13,323 bases of DNA. Origin: Adineta ricciae. Taxonomy: Eukaryota. Location: positions 97,550 through 110,872 of the forward strand of contig CAJNOJ010000319.1 of assembly GCA_905250025.1 (NCBI GenBank), written 5' to 3'. The first letter of the stretch is position 1; each line of letters starts with the position of its first letter. The notes beneath the pieces were generated by a model, which was given only the letters and a program-made list of their open reading frames with translations, ran no database searches and was not told where the DNA came from. A program made the position numbers and the translations under genes. Shown here piece by piece: positions 1 through 7,630 of the stretch.

Positions 1-276
1 TGCCGTTGATGCACCAACATCAGTAATGTGCCAAATCTGACATAAATATTTCGAAGGACTTACGGAAAAGATTTCAAAAAAGATCGCAAAAGGTATTACA
101 AGAATTCCAACACATAAATCAGCTAAAGATAATGAAACAATGTAATAATATGTGGCATTATGAAGAGATCTTTCGCGATAAACTGCTAAGATAACAAGAC
201 AATTTCCAACAATTGTTAATAAACAAATGAAGATTAACCAAAATATTCCCTTGAGAAACATTTTCATGACGAACAT
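1..276 (-). CDS. Class A (biogenic-amine-like) GPCR, N-terminal part (TM1-TM3). Partial; continues past the window start.
   Basis: Minus-strand frame open from ATG at 276..274 to position 1. It reads MFVMKMFLKGIFWLIFICLLTIVGNCLVILAVYRERSLHNATYYYIVSLSLADLCVGILVIPFAIFFEIFSVSPSKYLCQIWHITDVGASTA. Rhodopsin-family hallmarks are present: GNxLVI..V in TM1, SLAxADL in TM2, C..W...DV..STASI in TM3. The listed ORF 158..403(-) is an overlapping out-of-frame artefact. Confidence 0.6.
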   Translation of the reverse strand, partial: MFVMKMFLKGIFWLIFICLLTIVGNCLVILAVYRERSLHNATYYYIVSLSLADLCVGILVIPFAIFFEIFSVSPSKYLCQIWHITDVGASTA

Positions 277-898
277 CAAAAGTAAATAGATCAAAATGTA
301 ATATCGTCAATCTGTTGACCTTGTGAGATGAATAATGAGCAGCAATGTAGGCGTGAAGATAGACGAATATTTCATCTGGAAGTCTTTCAATGAAATCCAT
401 CAAATAAATAATTCAATAACGGAAGGAAATCTTCAGAAGATTTGCGTTGCAACGATATTGATTCTCTTCGATTTATTAAAGATGAAAATGATCATCTCAG
501 TGTTTCCTTGTGATCTTTTCAAAAAAAAGATTTATTCAATCATTGTTTACAAAAACAAAATTTGGTTTATTTTTCTTCTTTGGAATCAATTAACAATGTC
601 GTTGAAAATCCGTTTCCATTGTTAAAATCACAGAGAACAAAGAAGAAAAAGAAAAATGATAAATTTGGATCTCAAATCGAATTGAAATGAGACAAAATTT
701 AACCTCATCCACCTTGAGGTCTTCGTCGAGAAGAAGGTCGCCATCCACATGAATCTCCATTAGAACGATTCGATTGTCCTGTTAATGGATTATGATCTGA
801 TGAACGATATTTCAATCGAGTTGGCTTTTCATCTGTTGTCGATTTCATTGCTTCGAGTTTCTAAAAGAAAAAGTTTGTTTATAATGAAATGAATCATT

Positions 899-1339
899 TC
901 AAAAACCAACCGCTTGTTTTTCTGCTAAACGACGTTGAGCTTCTTGTTCATATCGTTTCTGTTGTTGTTCTCGCACTTTTTCCATCTGTTCATATTGATT
1001 TATTCTTTGTTCTTTTCAAGAGAAAAATCAAATTTCGTCTGTTGTTTTTTTCTTCTTCTTCAAATCTTTTCAACTGACCTGTGGATAAACGATTTTCTCT
1101 TGGAGAATTTCGTTTTTTATAATAAATCACAATTGCAATAAGTAAAACAACGAAAACAATCCATTGATAAGTAACTAAAATCAAATTTCAATGACAAATT
1201 TTGATTAAAAAAGAAGAATTTTCTTTCTTTTACTTATTTTGTCGAAAAAAGATTTTTCAAAGAAATTAGTTTTTTCCTCTGATTGAGAGAAAATTTGTGA
1301 ATTTGAATCCACTTCATCTTCAATTGTCACATCATCCAT
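899..1339 (-). CDS. Small single-pass membrane protein with a charged, coiled-coil-like C-terminal tail (3-exon model, ~104 aa).
   Basis: Model complement(join(899..1011,1079..1174,1234..1339)). ATG at 1339..1337. It reads MDDVTIEDEVDSNSQIFSQSEEKTNFFEKSFFDKI | ITYQWIVFVVLLIAIVIYYKKRNSPRENRLST | EQRINQYEQMEKVREQQQKRYEQEAQRRLAEKQAVGF*. Introns are 59 and 67 nt (GT..AG) and the phases agree. Exon 2 overlaps listed ORF 990..1184(-). Alternatively, the unspliced reading of that ORF could be correct. Confidence 0.4.
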
Positions 1340-1983
1340 TTCTTCAAGAAATAAAATGAAAAGAAAGCAAAAACTACGTCGATAACAACAAAACCAATGA
1401 AAATATTTTTCAACAAAAATACAGATGTCACTGAATTTCATTTAAATTATCAAAACAGTTCAAAAATTCTTTTTTTCATTTCAATTGTACTTTTAGTCTG
1501 AAAAATTCGCTTTCTCTTCACTGATCAATGGTATCAAAGTCCATTTTCTCAGTGCAAAATCTTTTTGTGACTGATGTAATCAATTCTGGGTCACATATTT
1601 TGTTAATATCACTCTAATAATAACGATTGTCGATAAAAGACAATCTGTGAAACATTAGTATTCGCCCTACAAATGTTGTGTTACACTTTTTATTATTATT
1701 TCAATGAAGTCAAATTCAAATATATGTCGATAAATGATTTTTGATCTTCAATGGGCGTCACAGATGTTTTTTGAAAAGATTTCTTTTGAAATGTAAATGT
1801 TTGTTTTTCTCGCGACGATAGAATGTGATAATGATTTCAAATGTTAATAACAATAATTTCTTATCGAAAAAAGAAAGTTCTTGAAAAACAAATAAGAAGA
1901 AAATAATCTTTGTCATATCTTTTAACTTCTCATCTTTTCAAAAGTTAAAGACGTGTTGATAAGTAAGATAAATAAAATTGATA

Positions 1984-1986
1984 ATG
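1984..1986 (+). CDS. ABC transporter, putative single-codon initiator exon (ATG|gtaaaag).
   Basis: ATG is followed directly by a GTAAAAG donor. A 66-nt intron reaches the acceptor at 2052, and phase 0 joins frame to give MDQSKELAVSVQNGCKNYG... Alternative phase-0 first exon: 1529..1576 (ATGGTATCA...ACTGAT|gtaatc). Confidence 0.3.
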
Positions 1987-2052
1987 GTAAAAGATCAAAT
2001 TTCACCAACGTCGAATGAAAAATGAACATTTTTTTTGTCTTTCAATTAAAAG

Positions 2053-2168
2053 GATCAATCAAAAGAATTAGCTGTCAGTGTTCAAAATGGATGTAAAAAT
2101 TACGGACATTTTTGGAATTCTACACGTGTTTTACACGATATTACACTTAACGTTCCCATTGGAATTAT
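2053..2168 (+). CDS. ABC transporter exon. N-terminus of the nucleotide-binding domain, up to Walker A.
   Basis: Frame reads DQSKELAVSVQNGCKNYGHFWNSTRVLHDITLNVPIGI. Donor GTAAAT at 2169. A stop codon lies just upstream in this frame (2047-2049), so the exon must begin at the acceptor ag at 2051-2052. Confidence 0.7.
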
Positions 2169-2227
2169 GTAAATGAATATTTTTCCGTTGAAAAACAAAA
2201 CGAAAGAAAATGCGAATTTGTTCGTAG

Positions 2228-2542
2228 ATATGGTTTATTAGGACCAAGTGGATGTGGAAAAACGACGTTATTACGTTGTATTGTTGGTCGTTTCGAATTG
2301 AATTCAGGTGAAATTTTATTATTTGGAAAACATCCTGGAAGTTATGGACATGAAATTCCTGGCCGATCAGTTGGTTATATGCCACAAGAAAATGCTCTTT
2401 ATAAGAATTTTTCTATTTCGGAAATGCTTCATTATTTCGGTCGTCTTCATCATATGTCGAAAAAGGAAATTTTATCTCGAGTAGAATTTCTCATTCATTT
2501 TCTTGATTTACCTTTAAAAACGAGAAAAGTTGCTCAATTAAG
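2228..2542 (+). CDS. ABC transporter exon. Walker A (GPSGCGKTT) and Q-loop region.
   Basis: Acceptor ttcgtag at 2221-2227. Reads (I)YGLLGPSGCGKTTLLRCIVGRFELNSGEILLFGKHPG...YMPQENALYKNFSISEMLHYFGRLHHMSKKEILSRVEFLIHFLDLPLKTRKVAQL. Donor AG|GTTGGT at 2543. Confidence 0.85.
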
Positions 2543-2590
2543 GTTGGTGTTTTCCTTCGAATGAAAATTGAAATGTATTCTTTTGAATAG

Positions 2591-2698
2591 TGGTGGACAA
2601 CAACGTCGTGTTTCATTGGCATGTGCACTTCTTCAACAACCGAAATTATTAATTCTCGATGAACCGACTGTCGGAGTTGATCCTTTACTTCGAGAAAA
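2591..2698 (+). CDS. ABC transporter exon. ABC signature (SGGQQRR) and Walker B (LLILDEP).
   Basis: Splicing restores (S)[36 protein letters not shown]. Introns are 48 nt (2543-2590) and 45 nt (2699-2743). Confidence 0.85.
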
Positions 2699-2743
2699 GT
2701 CTGTTCGAAACAAATTGTCTCTATTTAATACATTTCATTTTAG

Positions 2744-2837
2744 AATTTGGACACATTTAATTGAAATTTGTCAATCAAGTCAAACGACGATCATTATCAC
2801 AACTCATTACATTGAAGAAGCAAGAAAAGCCAATCGA
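2744..2837 (+). CDS. ABC transporter exon. H-loop (TTHYIEEA).
   Basis: Reads (K)[31 protein letters not shown]. Donor GTAAGA at 2838. Confidence 0.8.
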
Positions 2838-2893
2838 GTAAGAGAAAATATTTGTATGAAAAAAAAAGAAAAAAAACACCAAGTTTTGTAAAG

Positions 2894-2968
2894 GTTGGAT
2901 TGATGAGAAGTGGAAGAATGTTGGCAGAAGATGAACCATTGAAGCTTTTAAATCAATATAATCAAACA
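2894..2968 (+). CDS. ABC transporter exon. C-terminal end of the nucleotide-binding domain.
   Basis: Reads VGLMRSGRMLAEDEPLKLLNQYNQT. Acceptor ttttgtaaag, donor GTTGTT (phase 0). Confidence 0.7.
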
Positions 2969-3023
2969 GTTGTTTTTGAAAAGAAACAAATTTTCGTTGT
3001 CAAAACGAATTTGTTAATTTTAG

Positions 3024-3334
3024 AGTTTGGAAAATGTTTTTCTTCATTTGTGTTTCAATGATCAAAATCGAATTGAAAGAGAAAATCTTCCAATTTCATT
3101 CGCAAATCCTTTAACAACAGAAGTTAACACAGATAATTTTCTTCCAATGAATACAAATCAAATCAAAAGTTCGTTTTCATCGAGTTTGTTTTTATTCAAC
3201 ATTTTCGTTGGTTTGATCTTTGAAGAAAGTTCCAAACCAAAAAAAATTCTTCGAGATTATTTGGTTTTTCCTAAATTACATAAAATTCTCGCATTGATTA
3301 TCAAAGATTTAACAGTTATCAAAACAAATATCGG
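3024..3334 (+). CDS. ABC transporter exon. End of NBD (LENVFLHLC) plus the linker.
   Basis: Acceptor ttaattttag. Reads SLENVFLHLCFNDQNRIERENLP...KLHKILALIIKDLTVIKTNIG. This corresponds to the LEDVFLKLC / KxRALLWKN block of ABC-2/ABCH proteins. Donor GTAAGA at 3335. Confidence 0.6.
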
Positions 3335-3381
3335 GTAAGAAAGAGAAATTCGCTGAAAAATCTGAAAATTCTTTTGGAAAG

Positions 3382-3446
3382 ATTTTTATTTTTTCAATTT
3401 TTAATTCCTGTTATTCAAGTTTCGTTGTTTTGCCTTTGTATTGGAC
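3382..3446 (+). CDS. ABC transporter exon. ABC-2 membrane domain, TM1.
   Basis: Reads (G)FLFFQFLIPVIQVSLFCLCIG(R), which matches the conserved FQFLLPVVQVILFCLAIGR block. Donor GTAAGT at 3447. Confidence 0.7.
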
Positions 3447-3499
3447 GTAAGTGACACAAGGAGAATGACAAAAAATTAACTGAAATGAATTTTTTTCAG

Positions 3500-3615
3500 G
3501 TGATCCGAAAGCTCTTCCAATGGCACTTTTTAACAACGAATCTCTCAACAATTTCCCCACGGGCAATGAGAGTTTACAACTCCTTAGTCAAATCAATTCG
3601 GATCAAATTCATTTT
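3500..3615 (+). CDS. ABC transporter exon. Start of the extracellular loop (RDPKxLP..NNE motif).
   Basis: Acceptor ttttttcag. Reads (R)DPKALPMALFNNESLNNFPTGNESLQLLSQINSDQIHF. Confidence 0.75.
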
Positions 3616-3664
3616 GTAAAAAACAAATTCTTTTTCCGAGAAATTATTATCGTTTCTTTTCAAG

Positions 3665-3768
3665 AATTCGTTTAATAATTTCGATCAAGCATTGAACTCG
3701 GTAAAACAAGGTCGATATTGGGGTTTAGCTGAAATTCGAACGAATTTTACTGAAGCGATCAATGACAA
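3665..3768 (+). CDS. ABC transporter exon. Extracellular loop.
   Basis: Reads NSFNNFDQALNSVKQGRYWGLAEIRTNFTEAINDK. Acceptor ttcttttcaag. Confidence 0.75.
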
Positions 3769-3827
3769 GTTTGTTTTTCCCCTCTTTCTCTCTTCGTTTT
3801 GAAAAAATCATTTTTATTGCTGAGCAG

Positions 3828-3898
3828 ATTTTTCAAATTTCAAACGGATCCATTAACATTAAATACATCGTCAATTCATTTATATCTCGATATGACAA
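3828..3898 (+). CDS. ABC transporter exon. Extracellular loop (YLDMTN motif).
   Basis: Reads (K)FFKFQTDPLTLNTSSIHLYLDMT(N). Donor GTAAAG at 3899. Confidence 0.7.
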
Positions 3899-3952
3899 GT
3901 AAAGTCGTTGAATGAAATTCGAAATGTTCGATGAATTATTCTTTGTAATCAG

Positions 3953-4320
3953 ATCAACAAGTGACATTTACAATGCAAAATGTGATTTTAAATGGAACAG
4001 AAATGTTTTTAAAACGATTTTTATCTGAACATGGCTTTGATCCTTCGATTGTTAATCCACCTGTAATTATTGAAAATCCCATTTATGGAAGTTTAACTCC
4101 GAAATTTTTGAATTTCGCGGCACCGGGAATGATGATATCGGTCATATATTTTTTAGCGCTCTGATATTTGTTGTTGAGAAAAAAAGAAGGTCTTTTAGAA
4201 CGAAGTTGGATCGCTGGTGTAACGATCATCGAAATTATGTTTTCACATATCATTGTCAAGTTTTTTATTCAAATTATTCAAGTTGTACTTTTAATTGTTT
4301 TTGCACATTTCATCTTCGAA
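3953..4320 (+). CDS. ABC transporter exon, TMD core. It contains an in-frame TGA at 4162-4164.
   Basis: Reads (N)QQVTFTMQNVILNGTEMFLKRFLSEHGFDPSIVNPPVIIENPIYGSLTPKFLNFAAPGMMISVIYFLAL*YLLLRKKEGLLERSWIAGVTIIEIMFSHIIVKFFIQIIQVVLLIVFAHFIFE. Conserved ABC-2 blocks lie on both sides of the stop. No GT..AG pair can remove it while keeping frame. Confidence 0.65.
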
Positions 4321-4372
4321 GTTTGATTTCGTCGATTTCTCATTTTCTTTTCTCATTTTCTCTTCATTTTAG

Positions 4373-4445
4373 GTGGAATTTAAAGGATCATTATTATTAT
4401 CAATGGCTTTGATTTTTCTTCAGGGAATTTGTGGAATGACTTATG
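4373..4445 (+). CDS. ABC transporter exon, TMD.
   Basis: Reads VEFKGSLLLSMALIFLQGICGMTY(G). Acceptor ttcattttag. Confidence 0.75.
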
Positions 4446-4497
4446 GTTAAATTCAATGACATGAAAATTTGCATTTCATTTTTCTGTTTTTCTTTAG

Positions 4498-4584
4498 GTT
4501 TATTGATCTCTTCATTCTGTGAAAATGAAATGCAAGTTATGGAAGTTGCTATGGGAAGTGTTTTCCCCATGTTACTTAGTTCAG
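4498..4584 (+). CDS. ABC transporter exon, TMD.
   Basis: Reads (G)LLISSFCENEMQVMEVAMGSVFPMLLSS(G). Acceptor tttctttag. Confidence 0.75.
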
Positions 4585-4641
4585 GTTTGTTGAATTGTAT
4601 TGGAAATGATTTTTTTTGTATTGATTGCTTTTCATTCGAAG

Positions 4642-4746
4642 GAATTCTTTGGCCAGTCGAAGGAATGCCATCAGTTATGCGTTTTCTCAGTCACTTTACA
4701 CCGTTAACATATCCTGTTGAAGCGATTCGATGTATCGCAGCACGAG
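4642..4746 (+). CDS. ABC transporter exon, TMD.
   Basis: Reads (G)ILWPVEGMPSVMRFLSHFTPLTYPVEAIRCIAAR(G). Donor GTGAGA at 4747. Confidence 0.8.
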
Positions 4747-4805
4747 GTGAGAGAATAATAGGGAATGATTTTTGTTTGTTAAAAACGAATATTTCTCTTT
4801 GAAAG

Positions 4806-4912
4806 GTTGGTCATTTGTTTACTACAAAGTTTGGCTTGGATTTCTCATAACGAGTTCCTGGAGTTTAGCATTTTTCATTATCGCTGCTATTTTACTCGCG
4901 TTGAAAAAATAA
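4806..4912 (+). CDS. ABC transporter terminal exon, last TM helix.
   Basis: Reads (G)WSFVYYKVWLGFLITSSWSLAFFIIAAILLALKK*. TAA at 4910-4912. AATAAA at 4937-4942. Total CDS is 2,118 nt, about 705 aa, which is typical for an ABC-2/ABCH half transporter. Confidence 0.8.
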
Positions 4913-4936
4913 TTCTCCTTTTTTTTCTTTGCATTT

Positions 4937-4942
4937 AATAAA
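4937..4942 (+). terminator. Polyadenylation signal AATAAA of the ABC transporter gene.
   Basis: AATAAA lies 25 nt after the TAA stop. Confidence 0.5.
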
Positions 4943-5046
4943 GAGTATCGTTTGGTAAAACAAGGAAATGAATTTGATTGGCTTAGGAAAAGAAAGAACA
5001 TATATGATGGAAAAAGTCATCTCAATCTCTTTTCTCCAATCTAAAA

Positions 5047-5087
5047 ATGTCTGATAACGTTGAAATTGTAAATCCAAATGAACAAAG
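5047..5087 (+). CDS. SLCO/OATP organic anion transporter, exon 1.
   Basis: Reads ATG MSDNVEIVNPNEQ + ag. Donor GTAAAC. After a 53-nt intron it joins in frame to TM1. Confidence 0.6.
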
Positions 5088-5140
5088 GTAAACATAAATG
5101 TTTTTCTCTGGAAAAAATCCTTCATGTTCTGTTTTTGAAG

Positions 5141-5679
5141 AAAATGTTCATTTTATACAATTCGATCGTATTTTATTCTTTTATGTTTCATTGTCTTATG
5201 TCAATCAATGATCACATCTGCATATTTAAGTTCGATTATTTCTTCAATTGAGAATTATTATGGATATTCAACAGAATTAATTGGCATTGCTCTGAGTTCA
5301 TATGATCTCATTTCAGTTATTTCAATTCCTTTATTTTCTTTCATTGGTTCGAGATTTAATCGTGCAAAATTAATCTCTTTTGGCTCATTTTTCTTTGCAT
5401 TGGGAAATATTTTGTTTATTTTACCATATTTTATCAATGGTTATGATATTAATCAATTGACCAATCAAACGAAAAATTCGTCATTCGATGAGTTTTGTTC
5501 TTCGAATATTTCAATTGAATCTCTTTATGAACCTTTCACACGACTTTCTCCATCTTGGTCCTATTATGTGATCATTCTATCAATGATTATCATGTCGATA
5601 GGTTCGAGTCCATTTTATACTTTGGGAATTACCTATTTAACTGATCATTTGAATAAAGATGATCAACCGATTTACACAG
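5141..5679 (+). CDS. SLCO/OATP exon 2 (TM1-TM4).
   Basis: Reads (R)KCSFYTIRSYFILLCFIVLCQSMITSAYLSSIISSIENYYGYSTELIGIALSSYDLISVISIPLFSFIGSRFNRAKLISFGSFFFALGNILFILPYF...LTDHLNKDDQPIYT. This corresponds to the OATP blocks KSSIT.IERRF, GSF(E)IGN, YFGSR.HRPK and YLDD. Donor AG|GTAAGG. Confidence 0.8.
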
Positions 5680-5729
5680 GTAAGGTTTTCTTTGAACAAA
5701 AAAAAAGAATTTTCTTTTGATGAAAAAAG

Positions 5730-6005
5730 GAATTTTGTATGGAATGGTCGCTTTGGGACCTGGAATTGGTTTCGTTTTGGGTTCATATTTTGGATCGAAA
5801 TGGATAAATATAAATGATGAAATCGATTCGTTTGATTTGAATAAAAATGATCCTCGATGGATTGGAAGATGGTGGGCGGGATTTTTAATTTCCTCGACCT
5901 TGTTGTTTCTTCTTTCCATAATTTTATTTACATTTCCATCTTCTTTATCAAATCATTCTCAATTACAACAAACAAATCAAAATGAATCTTCAACAAATTT
6001 TCAAG
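5730..6005 (+). CDS. SLCO/OATP exon 3.
   Basis: Reads (G)ILYGMVALGPGIGFVLGSYFGSKWININDE...DPRWIGRWWAGFLISSTLLFLLSIILFTFPSSL.. This corresponds to OATP 'G.GPA.GF..G', 'PRW.GAWW.GFL'. Confidence 0.8.
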
Positions 6006-6058
6006 GTCACAACTTTTTTTTCTCTTTGTCATATCCAAAACAACTTTTTTTCTTTCAG

Positions 6059-6135
6059 TTTTTCGCAAGAATCTCATTGAATTATTGAAAAATGTCACAT
6101 ACATCTCCATTTCATTGATCAATGCAATTGAAAAT
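6059..6135 (+). CDS. SLCO/OATP exon 4.
   Basis: Reads (V)FRKNLIELLKNVTYISISLINAIEN, matching OATP F.KSL..LL.NP.Y. Acceptor tctttcag. Confidence 0.7.
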
Positions 6136-6197
6136 GTATAGAAAATCTTTTTCTTTCTTCCAAAAAAGAAATATTTCCTAATTGTTGATCAATTTAG

Positions 6198-6584
6198 ATT
6201 TTAGTTGTTTTATTTACAACATATTTGATCAAATACATTGAATCAGTATTTAATTATTCCTCATCATATTCGAGTATCTTAACAGGATTAATTTTATTAC
6301 CATCAGCTATACTTGGAACAATCTCAGGTGGATTTTTAGTTCGACGTTTTCATTTAACAATCTTTGGTTGCATTAAATTGATCTTTATATCATGTTTGAT
6401 TTCTTTGATAAGTTTAATTTTGATTTTATTCTTAAAATGTCAATCAAATATTCGATATTCATTTGATGATCAATGTTCTCAAAAGTGTCATTGTTCCTCA
6501 TTGATTTACGAACCAGTTTGTTATGAAAATCAAATCAATTATCTTTCTCCATGTTATGCAGGTTGTACAAACAAAAATCAAACG
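6198..6584 (+). CDS. SLCO/OATP exon 5, including the first half of the Kazal-like domain.
   Basis: Reads ILVVLFTTYLIKYIESVFNYSSSYSSILTGLILLPSAILGTISGGFLVRRF...CQSNIRYSFDDQCSQKCHCSSLIYEPVCYENQINYLSPCYAGCTNKNQT. The cysteine spacing matches the Kazal-like domain found in the large extracellular loop of OATPs. Confidence 0.75.
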
Positions 6585-6725
6585 GTAAGGTCAACATATT
6601 TTCTTCTAATTAACGTCAAAACTTTGGAAAATAGAAATCATCGTTATTTTTTATCAAAGTTGAGATGACCTTTTTATGTTTGGATCGAAAGAAAAGTTCC
6701 TTATTTTTTTTTCTTTTCTTTTAAG

Positions 6726-7232
6726 AATTATCTGAATTGTCATTGTTTATCAAATGGAACGATGGTTGAAAAAGGTTTATGTGAGAATAATTGTCAAATG
6801 GAATTGATATTTTTCTTTGTAATTTTATTTTTGGTGACATTTTTCGAAACTTTAATGGCAACACCACAATTAATGATTATTTTACGTTCGACAACAGAAT
6901 CTTTGCAATCATTTGGATTGGGTTTAGAAAATTGTCTGATGAAGATTCTTTCTCAAATTCCAACACCGATTTTATTTGGAATTTTGATTGATAAACAATG
7001 TTTATTTTGGTCGAAATCGTCACTATTTAATCATTCAACATCGTGTTTGATTTACAATCAAAAGCAATTTTCATTTACTTTATTTTTGACGATCACTCTT
7101 ATCAAAACGATTTCGTTTTTCTTTATTTTATTTTTATTTTTATTTCATTGGAAAAAACAGAAAAGCCTTTTAATAGAAAATCCTGGAGAGCGAGAACATC
7201 TTTTAAATAATTCATCGACAGATATTCAATAA
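6726..7232 (+). CDS. SLCO/OATP terminal exon (end of Kazal domain, TM10-12).
   Basis: Reads NYLNCHCLSNGTMVEKGLCENNCQ...SFGLGLENCLMKILSQIPTPILFGILIDKQCLFW...* TAA at 7230-7232. An AATAAA overlaps the stop. Total CDS is 1,827 nt (609 aa). Confidence 0.8.
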   Translation, partial: NYLNCHCLSNGTMVEKGLCENNCQMELIFFFVILFLVTFFETLMATPQLMIILRSTTESLQSFGLGLENCLMKILSQIPTPILFGILIDKQCLFWSKSSLFNHSTSCLIYNQKQFSFTLFLTITLIKTISFFFILFLFLFHWKKQKSLLIENPGEREHLLNNSSTDIQ

Positions 7233-7496
7233 AATCATATTTGCGACAAAAAATTTCCTCTACCTTGATTCAATACGCAGCTATTCGATTAATTCAGGTA
7301 AAACTGTCTGATGTGATGATTCTCTTACCAATGAGTAATTAACGATAGTTCGAAGGATTGCTTTTTTTTTGTCAGGGCAAAACGAGTTAAATTATTGCGA
7401 ATGATTGATAAATGAAGAACGAGAAAAATAAATGAGCTGCGTTTAGTCGTTATATAAAACGTTTATTTGTTTGTCGACATTTATTTTCGTTGAATT

Positions 7497-7591
7497 ATGT
7501 CACGACGAAAAGGTAAAAAACAAGTGGAGACCTTGGCTTGGATCACCGATGATGAAGCTGAATTTTGGACGGTTCGATTTCTGATTTTTCA
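7497..7591 (+). CDS. Possible 5' exon of the low-complexity protein gene.
   Basis: Reads ATG MSRRKGKKQVETLAWITDDEAEFWTVRFLIF + ca. Donor GTAAGA at 7592. A 39-nt intron reaches acceptor ag at 7629-7630 and joins in frame to the 7668 ORF. The intron is unusually short, so this is low confidence. Confidence 0.25.
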
Positions 7592-7630
7592 GTAAGAAAT
7601 TTTTTACACGAAGTCTTGTTGTTTTTAGAG

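Noticed and set aside
335-625. Plus-strand ORF 335..625 and minus ORF 158..403.
   Set aside because: No recognisable motifs. The 158..403 minus ORF is an out-of-frame overlap of the real GPCR frame. 335..625 lies in the AT-rich region upstream of the GPCR start.
705-848. Minus-strand 47-aa ORF MKSTTDEKPTRLKYRSSDHNPLTGQSNRSNGDSCGWRPSSRRRPQGG.
   Set aside because: It is short and has no recognisable domain. No phase-compatible splice links it to the GPCR or to the small membrane-protein gene. It could still be a real micro-exon or small gene, but the sequence alone does not support that.
889-1141. Plus-strand ORFs 889..1077 and 935..1141 (F/L/S-rich).
   Set aside because: These are T-rich antisense of the minus-strand small membrane-protein gene. 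Their composition is non-protein-like.
4206-4412. ORF 4206..4412 (MDRWCNDHRNYVF...).
   Set aside because: It is a wrong-frame overlap of ABC transporter TMD exons. The true frame is ≡1 through 4320.
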